The notes: generated from the letters alone by a model not told the origin. 63,956 nt of DNA, filler included, from Octopus bimaculoides (GCF_001194135.2; 6 parts of 6 records of this genome joined end to end with filler, not necessarily neighbours in it), one strand, 5' to 3'; counted from the first letter of the whole stretch, positions 47,336-59,894 are shown. Translations and numbers: made by a program.

Positions 47336-48954
47336 AAGAATTTACTTTGAGGAATATTTGGTTGCTATTTGGAACAGATGTATTGACTATGTAGAGGCTG
47401 TCCCATTGGCTTATGTTTTATAAGCTGTGTATTTTAATCAATCATTGTATTTTCTTGTCTACCTGAATCTTATTCTGCTTGAAATATTACAAATCTTCTT
47501 CAATTTTGATTTCATTGTTGCCAAGCATCTGGAAAAAAAATGACAAAAACTACTAAATTTGGACTATCTTTCAAAATGTCACATTCTTTCTTTTGTTTAA
47601 TTCTCATTGATTTTAAAGTAATTTGTTAAAAAATATGAAATTATAAATCATTCTTACTTTTCCTATTATTTAAATAAATTTTTATAATTATTTTAATATT
47701 TTTTTTTTACATTTTGTGGTAAAGCTCTTGTTGTAAAACTAACAAGACTTAATATTTTTAATATTTTAATAGTTTTTTTTTTCCATTCTTATGAGACTTT
47801 TGCACTTTTTAGACTATAATGTAGCACATTATTTCACTTTTTTATTCTTCTTAACTCTTATTTCAAACGTATATATATATATATATCTACACTCTCTGAG
47901 TGGTTGCTACACTCTCTGAGTGGTTGGCGTTAGGAAGGGCATCCANNNNNNNNNNNNNNNNNNNNNNNNNNNNNNNNNNNNNNNNNNNNNNNNNNNNNNN
48001 NNNNNNNNNNNNNNNNNNNNNNNNNNNNNNNNNNNNNNNNNNNNNNNNNNNNNNNNNNNNNNNNNNNNNNNNNNNNNNNNNNNNNNNNNNNNNNNNNNNN
48101 NNNNNNNNNNNCTTATATATGTGTGTGTGTGTGTATCCTATATCTTGAGAGTATGCCCTGGCACATAGCCACCTCTCTCACTCTCACCTTTGCTCTCTCT
48201 CTTACTCCCTCTCATCTTTGCTCTCTCTCATGCTTGCTTTCTCATTCTCACTCACTTTCTCTCTGACTGGGTAGCCACGCATCTCCTCAACAGCATAATA
48301 CTTGCTTCTGTCCCTCTGTTATACTCTAACTTCTCATCACCTAACACAAAGCCACTGCCTCTAATGCCACTCCCCTCTCAAAGAATCTCCATCTTGCAAG
48401 TTACTTGGTGACCTCACTGGTGCTGGTGCCATGCAAAAAGGCATCCAGTCCACTCTGTAAGGTGGTTGACATTTGAAAGGGCATCCAGCTGTAAAAACAA
48501 TGCCAAAAGAGACCTCACTGGTGTTGGTGCCACATTAAGAACATCCAGCCCACTTTGTGAATTGCTTGGCATTAGAAAGGGTATCCAACTGTAAACACCA
48601 TGCCAAAACAGACAGTGGAGCTTGGTGCAGTCCTCTGGTTTGCCAGTTCCTGTCAAACTGTCCAACTCATGCCAGCATGGAAGACAGATGTTAAATGATG
48701 ATGAAGATGGTGATGATGATGATGATGGTGGTGATGTATGTATATATGTATGTATGTATATATGTATGTATGTATGTATGTGTGTATGTATAAATCAATG
48801 GGTGGGGATCTCATTCATCATGATTGGCAGGGTACTCAGGTGGAATACTGATGAATATTTATAGTCCATCACACCATGAGTAGGGAAATCAGTGCATTCT
48901 TAACTTGTGTAACAACACTTACTGCATATGTCATGCAGTGAAAAATGTAATGAG

Positions 48955-49253
48955 ATGAATATATAACCATTAGTTCAATTCATGTTACATATGTTTCAGT
49001 AGCATGGTAATTTATTTGCACGTGATGTATTACATAATATGTTGTGATATTACATATTCATTATTTATTATACTTTATTAGATTGATCTAGCCTTTGATG
49101 ATTCATGACACCTGAAAGAATGTTAAGTAATGACGCATATTAGATAACAGAAATTATGTAATATCACAGTATATGTAGTACATCATGTGCAAATAGGTTG
49201 CTGTGCTATTGAAACATATGTAGCATGAATTGAACTAATGGCTACATCTTCAT
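48955..49253. mobile_element. Foldback element, ~100-bp inverted arms, ~95-nt spacer
   Basis: ATGAATATATAACCATTAGTTCAATTCATG...GTGATATTACATA (48955-49056) versus TATGTAATATCAC...CATGAATTGAACTAATGGCTACATCTTCAT (49155-49253). Confidence 0.85.
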
Positions 49254-49254
49254 T

Positions 49255-49299
<45 letters not shown>

Positions 49300-50370
49300 T
49301 GTATATGTGTGTATGTATTTGTCACCATTCTAATTGGAAAGTAAGTGAGACAAGCAAACATTTGTTCTTGCTGTGAAATTAAACCTACAAAGGCCTTCTC
49401 AGCCGCTTGGGATGTGTATCAGCCTGACTGGTTTCACTGTTACTCAATATTTCATCAGTGTTTGCTCACATCTCCTCCCAAATTACTGATGATAATTGCA
49501 GAAAACTACTTATTAAACTGTGAACAAATTTTGTGACTGACATCACTCATTTGCATATTGATATAAAGTTATTAGTCTGACAAAAATAACTAGAGTACCA
49601 TTACAGCTTCAGTTCTAGATAATATGCAGATCCATATTGTGCTAGTTGCATGAAGTAAGCAGCCAATCCACACTGTTAAGTGGTTGGCATTAAGAAGGGC
49701 ATCCAGCCATAGAAGCATGACAAAGCAGACTCTGGAACATGATGCAGGCCTTGGAACCATTAGATTCTGTCAAATTGTCCAACGTCTGCTAACTTGGAAG
49801 CTGAACATTAAGTGGTGGTGGTGGTGGCGGCAGCGGCGGTGGCGGTGGCAGCGATGATGACAATGATGATGCTATTTATATGTACTTAATCTTTTTATGG
49901 AATATAACGTAGGAGAGCCTTTCCAACAGTTTGGGATGAAGATTGAACTTGTTTCATTACATCAAGCATAAACATATTGAAAGCAAGCACTATACATACA
50001 TAAATATGTATATACACATACATACACATGTATGTGTGTCTGTATATATATATATGTGTGTGTGTTTGTATATATGTGCATATATGAGTGTGTATATATA
50101 TGTGTATATATACATATANNNNNNNNNNNNNNNNNNNNNNNNNNNNNNNNNNNNNNNNNNNNNNNNNNNNNNNNNNNNNNNNNNNNNNNNNNNNNNNNNN
50201 NNNNNNNNNNNNNNNNNNNNNNNNNNNNNNNNNNNNNNNNNNNNNNNNNNNNNNNNNNNNNNNNNNNNNNNNNNNNNNNNNNNNNNNNNNNNNNNNNNNN
50301 NNNNNNNNNNNNNNNNNNNNNNNNNNNNNNNNNNNNNNNNNNNNNNNNNNNNNNNNNNNNNNNNNNNNNN

Positions 50371-50402
<32 letters not shown>

Positions 50403-51007
50403 ATGTGTGTGTGTGTTTGTATATATGTGCATATATGAGTGTGTATATATATGTATGTGTATATATATATATATATGCACACATAAATATATATCATAGT
50501 AAATTTGCATGTGTTTGTTGCAGAACAAATATGAAATATAAAAAATAAAATTTAAAACAAAAATAATAAATTAAGCCCAAATAACATAAGTGATGTGTCA
50601 AAACATAGCAAGCCAATGTCAAATGGTATATCTCAGGAAATTATAATACCATAACCAAGACTGAAGTAAGAAACAATTTAAAAAGTATAACTTCACTGGA
50701 AATAGTTTTTCTGTATTGAAATACTTAGTACACAACTTTTCAATTACCCTGGTGGTAGATTAAAAAAGAAATAAGTGTATTTTATTACAAAAAGTGTTAT
50801 GGATTGATAGTCATATACACACTTAACTTTTACATATGCACACACATGCTTACTTACATACACCTATATACACACCTATATACACACCTATATGTTTGTA
50901 TACTGTTATCTCTTCCTCTTTCTCCGTATATAAACCTATCTCTGCCCCCATCGATCTGCCAATCTGTATGTATATATGCAAGCATGTATGAATGTATGTA
51001 TGTATCA

Positions 51008-51198
51008 CTTTTGCTCTTTTACTTGATTCTGCGGCCATGCTGGAGCACCGCCTTTAGTCGAACAAATCGACTTCAGAACTTATTCTTTGTAAGCCTAGTA
51101 CATATTCTATTGCCCTCTTTTGCCAAACCACTAAACTACGGGGACGTAAACACACCAGCATCAGTTGTCAAGCAATGGTGGGGGGGGGGACAAACACA

Positions 51199-51234
<36 letters not shown>

Positions 51235-51400
51235 CATGCACGCACAATGGGCTTCTTTCAGTTTCCGTCTACCAAATCCACTCACAAGACTTTGGTCGAC
51301 CCGAGGCTATAGTAGAAGACACTTGCCTAAGGTGCCACACAGTGGGACTGAACCTGGAACCATGTGGTTGGTAAGCAAGCTATTTACCACACAGCTACTC
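51008..51400 (-). mobile_element. SINE family A, full length
   Basis: Reverse tail, (CA)n, reverse head. Confidence 0.85.
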
Positions 51401-51439
51401 CTGCGTCTGGGTGTGTATGTATGTATATAATATGTATGA

Positions 51440-51482
<43 letters not shown>

Positions 51483-51534
51483 GTATAGTATGTATGAATG
51501 TATATATATGTATCGTGTGTATTCTTTTATTCTT

Positions 51535-51915
51535 TTGCCATTTTACTTGTTTCACTGATTAGACTGTGGCCTTGCTGGGGCACTGACTTGAAGAGTTTAG
51601 TCAAACAAATCAACTCCATATTCTTAAGCCTGTTACTTATTCTATCAGTAACTTTTTGCTGAAGTGCTAAGTTATAGGAACGTAAACAAACCAACACTGG
51701 TTGTCAAGCAGTGAGAGAGACAAACGCAGACACAAAGATTTACACACACACACACACACACATGGGTTTCTTTCAGTTTTGTCTACCAAATCCACTTATA
51801 AGGCTTTGGCCAGCTCAGAGCTGTAGTAGAAGGCATTTCCCCAAGTTGTCATGTAGTGGAACTGAACCCCGAGCAATATGGTTGGGGAGCAAACTTCTTA
51901 CCACACAGCCACTCC
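51535..51915 (-). mobile_element. SINE family A, full length, older (CpG-decayed)
   Basis: Same layout as 51008-51400, with CpG to TpG/CpA changes. Confidence 0.8.
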
Positions 51916-51925
51916 TATGCATGCA

Positions 51926-51967
<42 letters not shown>

Positions 51968-52004
51968 CATACAAATGTAAAGACAGACGAAATGTTCTTT
52001 TCTA

Positions 52005-52130
52005 CTCTAGGCACAAGGCCCAAAATTTTGGGGGAGATAGGCCGGTTGATCAGATCGACCCCAGTACACAACTGGTACTTAATTTATTTGACCCTGAAAG
52101 GATGAAAGGTAAAGTTGACCTTGGGGTCCA
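52005..52130 (-). mobile_element. SINE family B 3' part
   Basis: CTTTTCTACTCTAGGCACAAGGCC...GAAAGGATGAAAGGTAAAGTTGACC. Confidence 0.75.
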
Positions 52131-52177
52131 TAAAATAAGTAGAAGCAAGAAAAGGAAACAGAATTGAAGGAGGATTC

Positions 52178-52267
<90 letters not shown>

Positions 52268-53404
52268 GTATTATTTAGTATCATTTTATTTGTTTTAATT
52301 TTGTATTTAAAACACAAACACACACAAAAATTTATGGTAGGCTCAAAAATCTATAAGGTATTTAAAATGGAAACGAAAGTATGTTATTTAAACATTGAAC
52401 ATGTTTTAAATGTAAAATGAAACAATATGGAAAATGTATGCAGCTTCTACAGCAGCCATTTTTATACAGGGATTATTCTTGCAAAGTTACTCATCAATCT
52501 AATTCAGTAGCCAACTGTCTTTTAATGGGGTACAAAATTAATCCATACAATTGTAGAGTCCTTGTAGGACTTTATGTCTTTGAACTGGCTTAAAGATCCA
52601 CAACTGCATTAGATATTCGCAAAGTTAGGGAAATGTGTTAGAATGTGAACTGGTTAGGAAAATGGAACACATAACATTTGTTGTGATCATGAATTTAAAT
52701 TCATTTTTGATGGTCAGTTGCTTAACACTTCTTAAATTTTTGCTAGAATACAGCTGGTGCTCATTATCTCTGTACATGTCTTTGAATGAAAGAAACTCTT
52801 GTATGATTTCAGTTTAACTATGGATAATGTCTGAGTACGTGACTATGACTGAATCTAATTTCTTCATATTATCTGCATCGTCAAAAACATTCTGGATCTA
52901 AAATACTAATGTCGGAAGTTACATTTTTAAAATACTTAAATTTTTTGCCTGTGCTATTTATAAAAGAATCTAACGACACTAAGTTGTATTCAACTATCAA
53001 TTTCTGTCAGACATCAAATATTTTTTCATCCTCAGCAATTTAATCACTGAATATTTCCATTTTTTTTTCACTCTGTCTGTCTTGCTTGCATTCTGTATTA
53101 ATATCACATAATATCACATTTTTGACTCAACTTGGTTGCTTCATTTTTAATCTGTTTGAATTGAGTTTCATGTTTAGTTCACATTCTTTTCATATCATTT
53201 TCAAAAATCTGAATCAAATAAGAATCTCTGAAAAGATCTAGACTACTTTTCTATAAATATATGGCTAGGTTGAAAGTCTTGCTAGCACTTTAGTCTACAG
53301 AATAAGAATAACTAAACATTCATAAGTACTGGGTGTTTTCTGCATAACTTTTGCCTGTGTGAGCTGTTAAGGGGTTTATATATTTTTTTATTTCACCATT
53401 TAGG

Positions 53405-53578
53405 TGCAGGCTTGGCAGTGTGACAGGAAGCTTGCTTCCCAACCACATGATTTTGGGTTCAGTTCCATTGCTTAGCATCTTGGGCAAGTGTCTTTTACTG
53501 TAGCCTTGGGCTCACCAAAGCCTTGTGAGTTGATTTGGTAGATGGAAACTGAAAGAAGTTCATCATGTATAAAATTAT

Positions 53579-53614
<36 letters not shown>

Positions 53615-54310
53615 CGCCGCCTTACTGGCACATGTGCCGGTGGCACATGAAAAACAACATTGAGTGCTGCCGAACTGGCTCCCATGCAGGTAGCATGTAA
53701 AAACACCTTTTGAGCGTGATCATTGCCAGAACTGCCTGACTGACCCTTGTGCCAGTGGCATGTAAAAGCACCCACTACACTTGGAGTGGTTAGCCTTAGG
53801 AAGGGCATCCAGCTGTAGGAACTTTGCCAGATCAGATTGAGCCTGATGCAGCCTTCTGGCTCACCAGTCCTCAGTCAAACCGTCCAACCCATGCCAGCAT
53901 AGAAAGTAGACATTAAACAATGACAATGATGATGATGATGATATATATATAATGTTATCATCATCTTCCTAACCATCATTTAACATTTGTTTTCCATACT
54001 GGCATGGGTCTGACAGTTTGACAGGAGTTGGCAAACCAGAAGATTGCACGAGACTTCACTGTCCATTTTGGCATGGTTTTTACATTTATATGTATGTTTG
54101 TGGTGTCTGTGTCTGTGTTTGTTCCCTCACCACAGCTTGACAATCAGTGTTGGTGTGTTTATGTCCCCGTAACTTAGTGGCTCAGCAAAACAGACCAAAA
54201 GGATAAGTACCAGTCTTTGAAAAAAAAGAAAAGGACTGCAGTTGATTCATCCAAGGTGGTGCCCCAGCATGACTGCAGTCTAATGACTGAAACAAGTTAA
54301 AGATAAAAGA
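53405..54310 (+). mobile_element. SINE family A split by family D insertions in its internal microsatellite
   Basis: A head at 53405-53570; D copies at 53610-53940 (+) and ~53965-54085 (-); A tail at 54110-54310. Confidence 0.65.
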
Positions 54311-54555
54311 TTAAAGATTCAAAACTCATGGTTAAACAACTGCTAGTGTTGCTTTGTTCAATTCTACAAGGCTTTTTTACTACTTCTGACTTGATGGATG
54401 TTCAACCACTATCCCAAAATTCCTTAAGGGATAGTGACTTGATATGAGCATGATTGTCCTAGGTAAACTGATGTAAAAAAAAAAAAGGTAGAGACCCTTT
54501 CTAGAGTCCTCCTTCAAAAACCAAAGAAACAAACAAAAACAATTTGATTTGAATA

Positions 54556-54783
54556 TTGGGTTGTTCGGAAAGTTTGTGCCGATTTTTAAAGGAAAGAAAA
54601 AGGTCAATAAATACTTGCCATTACATTTTCAATCAACCAAATATGAACCATTTTGTTGCACAATGCGTCTCCATCTTTCTTTTAACTTGAAAATACCCTC
54701 TTCCCAGAACTGAGGTGGTTTCGTGGCAAATAAATCGAATGGTAAGCTACTATAAATCGGCACGAACTTTCTGGACAACCCAA
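54556..54783 (-). mobile_element. Internally deleted mariner element with both TIRs and TA TSD
   Basis: TA|TTGGGTTGTTCGGAAAGTTTGTGCCGATTT ... AAATCGGCACGAACTTTCTGGACAACCCAA|TA; transposase end FWEEGIFKLKERWRRIVQQNGSYLVD* on the minus strand. Confidence 0.9.
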
Positions 54784-54794
54784 TATTAGGGTTT

Positions 54795-55020
54795 ATTGCA
54801 AAGCAGCAAACTGGCAGAATCATTAACATGCTGGGCAAAATGCTTTGCAGCATGTTCCCTGTCTTCACATTCTGAGCTCAAGTTCCACTGAGGCCGACTT
54901 CGCCTTTCAGCCTTTCGGTGTTAATAAAATTAGAACCAGTTGAACACTGGGGTTGACGTAATTGACTTACCCACTCCCTTGAAATCGCTGGCCTTGTGCC
55001 AAAATTTTAAATCAGTATTA
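54795..55020 (+). mobile_element. SINE family B (strongly CpG-decayed)
   Basis: AAAGCAGCAAACTGGCAGAATCATTAACATGCTGGGC...GAGCTCAAGTTCC. Confidence 0.8.
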
Positions 55021-56917
55021 GAGCTTATTACATCAATTAAAACGAAATTTAAATCATTGTGGGGCATCCATGTATTTACTCTACAACAAGACACCTATAT
55101 CTGTTCCATCTATACCCTAAATCTCTCAACTGACATAAAGCCACTTTCCTTCAATACTACCTGCCCCATCCTAGTTGAGGGGTTTATATCATGCAAGGTA
55201 CTTGGTGATGACCCTGTTGGTGCTGGTACCACATACAAAGCACCCAGTACACTCTGTAAAGTCGTTAGCATTGAGAAGGGCATCCAGCTGTTGAAACCAT
55301 ACCAAAACAAATAATGGAGCCTGGTGCATCTTCTGGTCTTGACATTTCCTGTCAAACTGTCTAACCCATGCCAGCATGAAAACGGAGGTTAAATGATGAG
55401 GATGATGATGATGATGATGATGATGATGTACATCAAGTGCATAAAGAATGCACTTGAAGCAACTTACATAGCTTTATTTAGAGAGTAGATATCTTTCTCG
55501 ACAAGGTGCTTACTGTTTTGCAAGAATCACTGTTTTGTGTAATTATTTGCAGCTGTAAGTCTTTGATTGCTGAAAGAAGAATGTTGCAAAAACTTTTCAG
55601 CCCTTGCTCCAGGTAATTTGCTGGATTGCAGTAATCTTTCCATTTTCTCACTGCTTGCTCTTACATGTTGCTAGGATAAAGAAAAATTTATCACTTCTGC
55701 CAATATTGTTAATAGAATTCACATCATCATCGTCATTGTCGTTGTTGTCGTCGTCATCATCACCATTATCATTTAACAGCAGTTTTCTATGCTGGTATGG
55801 GCTGGACTGTTTGACAGGCACTGGCAAGCCTGAGAACTGCTGCAGGTTCCATTGTCTGCTTTGGCATGATCTTTACGGTTGACTGCCCTAAACACTTTAC
55901 AGGTTGTACTGGGTGATTTTTACATGGCACCATCTCCAGTAGGATCACTTGCAAGACAAAACCCCCTCGGCTGGGAGAGGGAGTGGCACTGAGGGAGGTG
56001 GCTTTGTATCAGTTGAGAGGTAAAAGTATAATAGAGGGATAGAGATAGGTGTCTTACTATAGAGGAGATAGATGACCACCCCAGTAGAATTGCAAGCTTT
56101 GTTAGCTATTTTGGTTTCAGTCCTTATTTTGAATAGAACCAAGGCTGATCAAGACAGTAACAGATCATTATCTGTGTCAGGGCTGAGGTATATTACCTTT
56201 TTATCAATCAGTAATCAATGTTGCTCTAGTAATATCTTGGCAAAATACCTTAATAAGTGAAAAACTATTTCCTTTATTTGTATTTAGGGAACTTTGATAT
56301 TCACAATAAACAAGGAATGATTATACTTGTTTCCCCAAATAGAGAGCTATATCTATGGTTTAGAATTTGTATTTTATTTTTTATCGCTTTTTTTTTCTCC
56401 TCTAACAAGTCCAGCCAAAACAATTTTGTTGTGATACAAACAAAATTTGGCAAGAAAAAATCTTTCTCTACTTCTTTGTGAATTTCATTTTTTGTATTTT
56501 TAACTTTTATGGTTTTCAATTTTGTATGTACCTTTAACAAGTTTTACAGTCACTTTTTGGGAATCCTCCAACCATCTGGCTGATTTGCAAAATACCGACA
56601 TAAAATGAAACATTGTGTTTGCTAAAGGCGAGTTAACCAGCCACTGCCTACATACTTCACAACCACTTTTAAATTATTTCCTTCTATCTAGTTGCACGAA
56701 AATGATGTCCAGCTTAATCTTTTGGAAAGCTGTGAGAAATTGATTTAAAGATTTGGTTGACAAGGGTCTAACTCAAAGAAGCGCACGTATGAAATCTGGT
56801 CTTACAGGTATTTCGCAAAACAGGTGCGAATCTGTTGAGTGTCAAATATTCTGTATGTGCATAAATAATCACACATAACCTTACTGTGTCATCATTGTAC
56901 ATATGTATATGTATCTT

Positions 56918-56953
<36 letters not shown>

Positions 56954-57644
56954 TGCATACATACACATATATATATGTGCACTTATATGCAGATGCATAT
57001 TCACACAAACACACATATATATATAGTAACAATAAATTAAATAGAGAGATACAAATGACAATCCAGTAATTTATTGATATTATAATATAACATAATATAC
57101 AATGAATACAATATAATAAAATATAACACAAACAATTATTTAAAAAACCCAAAAAGCCAACAATTTGTTTCAACTTATATACATTTTTTGATTTTATATA
57201 TATATATATTTGTCCAACCCATGCTAGCATGGAAAGCGGACGTTAAATGATGATGATGATGATGATGATGTATGTATGTATATGTTTATGTGTCTGTGTT
57301 TGTCCCTTCCACCATTGCTTGACAACTGATGTTAGTGTGTTTACGTCCCCGTAACTTAACGGTTTGGCAAAAGAACTGATAGAATAAGAAAAATGGTGGC
57401 TGAAACAGTTCTCATGCTTTAAGCAGCTTACAAGTATACTGCCATGAGCAAAACACAAGTTTAAAAGTGGTTTTCACACTTTAGGATTGGTCATTTGTTG
57501 CTTGAAGACCAACCTTGTTCAGGTTGACTGTTGACATCCTGAATAAATGAAAACATCACAAAGATTCATGAATTGATCTTGGAGAACCATTACTGAACAG
57601 TTGATGAAGTTTTGATATAGTTGGTGTGCCCTGAATCTTTTCAA

Positions 57645-58060
57645 CATCATGCCACACAAGCAGGAGGATCCAGTCATGGCTGTCAGCCAATTTCTGCGAC
57701 CACATCACCCCTAATATCTGGCCATTAACTCTCCAGACAGCAACCCTCTTGCTTATTATGTGTGGAGCGCATCTGAGCAAGAGACCAACAAAACTCCTTG
57801 TAACACAAAGATGAACTGAAGGCAAGAATTATAGTAGCATTCACCAACTTAAACAAGAGGACTGTCCAGAGGAGGAGTAGGAGATTCCAATGTTGTCTGA
57901 AGGCCTTGGTTGAAGCGAATGGTGATTTTATTGAATAAATTTACTCTTTAGTATTTCAAGGTATTTTTATGTAATTTTGGTAAATATATCTGTTAAAATG
58001 AGATGTTAGTGTTATTTTCATTTTTGTGTAATTTAGATGACAATTTATTCACTGCACCTT
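57645..58060 (+). mobile_element. Degenerate Tc1/mariner-superfamily transposase C-terminus plus 3' end
   Basis: PCHTSRR..QSWLSANFCDHITPNIWP.NSPDSNPLAYYVW...ELKARI...LKALVEANGDFIE*, with two 1-bp frameshifts (WPPNSPD.NPLDY motif). Confidence 0.8.
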
Positions 58061-58094
58061 GTCATCATCATCATCATCATCATCGTTTAACGTC

Positions 58095-58194
58095 NNNNNN
58101 NNNNNNNNNNNNNNNNNNNNNNNNNNNNNNNNNNNNNNTTAATTAATTAANNNNNNNNNNNNNNNNNNNNNNNNNNNNNNNNNNNNNNNNNNNN
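58095..58194. other. Artificial assembly linker
   Basis: 44 N + TTAATTAATTAA (58139-58150) + 44 N. Confidence 0.97.
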
Positions 58195-58537
58195 ACAAAC
58201 AGAAGTGAACGAGTGATAGATAGATAGATAGATATATAGAGAGAGATAATGAGATAGACAGACAGACAGATAGATAGCTCCGGCTAGTCAGTAGCCAAAG
58301 AATCAACTCAAACCAGCAGTGACGTTCCTTGTCAGTTCTACTTTCACCTCTGACAGCTAATACCATGACAGTGCCCCTATTACTTATCTATGTTGTGTGT
58401 GTATATATGTGTATCATACACACTATCAGTCTCTTGTCGAATCGCTAAGTTACTGGGATGTAAACACACCATCACCGATTGTCAAGCGGTGATTGGGACA
58501 CACACATTGTATACAGGATCGTGGGTAAGGCCAAAAC

Positions 58538-58629
58538 AATGCAAGGTAAATCACAAGAAAACAAATATGTGAATTAATATAGACTTACCTTGTAGTCAAT
58601 ATTTGTTTTCTTGTGATTTACCTTGCATT
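58538..58629. other. 92-nt hairpin with perfect 31-bp stem
   Basis: AATGCAAGGTAAATCACAAGAAAACAAATAT (58538-58568) versus ATATTTGTTTTCTTGTGATTTACCTTGCATT (58599-58629). Confidence 0.9.
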
Positions 58630-59172
58630 TACTTTGATAACACCTAGAAGATGAGGTTTTTTTTTATTATTCCACTCACCAAAGTGAATGAAGTTTTGGC
58701 CACGAGTAATTAATGTCATCAGACAGTATCCAACGTTCATCGAGGTGCCATGCAGCAGGACTTGAACCTGAGACCATGTGGTTGTGAAGCAAGTTTCTTA
58801 ACCATGCTGCCATACCTTCCTTGCTCTAAATTCCTGTTCTGCCCCTACTACTCTCCAATCATGAATACCTATGTGATCATCTCTCACTATATATGTCAAG
58901 TAGACATCTTACTTTTCCTGTGGAAAAGATCTCCAAAACTATTCAAGTAATCCACTTGGGAATCTTGGTGCTCATCTTCATTTTAAGTGCATTCCTAAGT
59001 TGGCTGTTTTAATAATTGTGGGGATCATTCCACCTGAAACCATTGGTTGCCTTGTTCATCCACAAACAAAGAATATTTACCCACTAATGTGGTGCTGAGC
59101 ACATATTCTTACTGTTTGATAACTAATATAATGCATGTGTGTGTATGTATATATATATATATGTTATACATA

Positions 59173-59429
59173 CAGTGTACATTTAAACACATAAGAGAGA
59201 TGTCCATAATAGGACATCTAACCCGCTAGAAGGAGCAGTCAAACTCCAAACCACAATTATGGATAATTTTGAAAGGGAAGGCATCTTTAGGGTTTTAAAA
59301 AAACATTTACCTTTATTTTTCCTTCCCTTTTGAAAGTATCCATAATTGTGGTTTGGAGTTTGACTGCTTCTTCTAGTGGATTAGATGTCCTATTATGGAC
59401 ATCTCTCTTATGTGTTTAAATGTACACTG
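59173..59429. mobile_element. Tc1-like palindromic MITE, 109-bp arms (~6 mismatches), TA TSD
   Basis: TA|CAGTGTACATTTAAACAC...GAAAGGGAAGG - 39 nt - CCTTCCCTTT...GTGTTTAAATGTACACTG|TA. Confidence 0.9.
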
Positions 59430-59604
59430 TATGTATTTATATGAATAATATTATAGTCTATTGACTAGTTTTTTCTTCTCGCTAGACCACTGGTAGCAAA
59501 GGGAATTTCTAAAATTCTTTTGCTACCCTGAGATTTATTATATATATATATATAGATAAATTAGATGCCTATCTCTGTCTACATACCTGTGTCTGTCTTT
59601 GCAG

Positions 59605-59737
59605 GAAGCTGTCAATGACCTTTATGACTTCCGTGACCATTATTTCGAGAAGTTCAGCATCAGTAAATCACATCTCAAAGATGAAGATGTCAAAAAGAAG
59701 ATGGAGGAATGTCTGGAATTATTATCATCCAAGAAAG
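59605..59737 (+). CDS. TTC5: Tetratricopeptide repeat protein 5 (TTC5/STRAP), internal exon equivalent to human exon 2
   Basis: Acceptor tctgtctttgcag|, donor AAAG|gtttgt. 133 nt, phase 0 to phase 1, encoding EAVNDLYDFRDHYFEKFSISKSHLKDEDVKKKMEECLELLSSKK. Aligns without gaps to human TTC5 [44 protein letters not shown] (recalled, not searched). Confidence 0.88.
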
Positions 59738-59894
59738 GTTTGTAATCCACTGTTTGTTGTTATCGTTTCCAATGGCCTCACGTGCATACTGCAACACCTG
59801 TGTTCTCCTCAGGTGTATGTAGCATTAACTTTTATAGGTGTAGAATTATATTTTGTATATCGTGCACACATGTGTGTGTGTGTATATATATCAA

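Noticed and set aside
56700-56830. Coding TTC5 exon 1
   Set aside because: The phase-0 frames ending at both donor-like sites hit a stop before any ATG.
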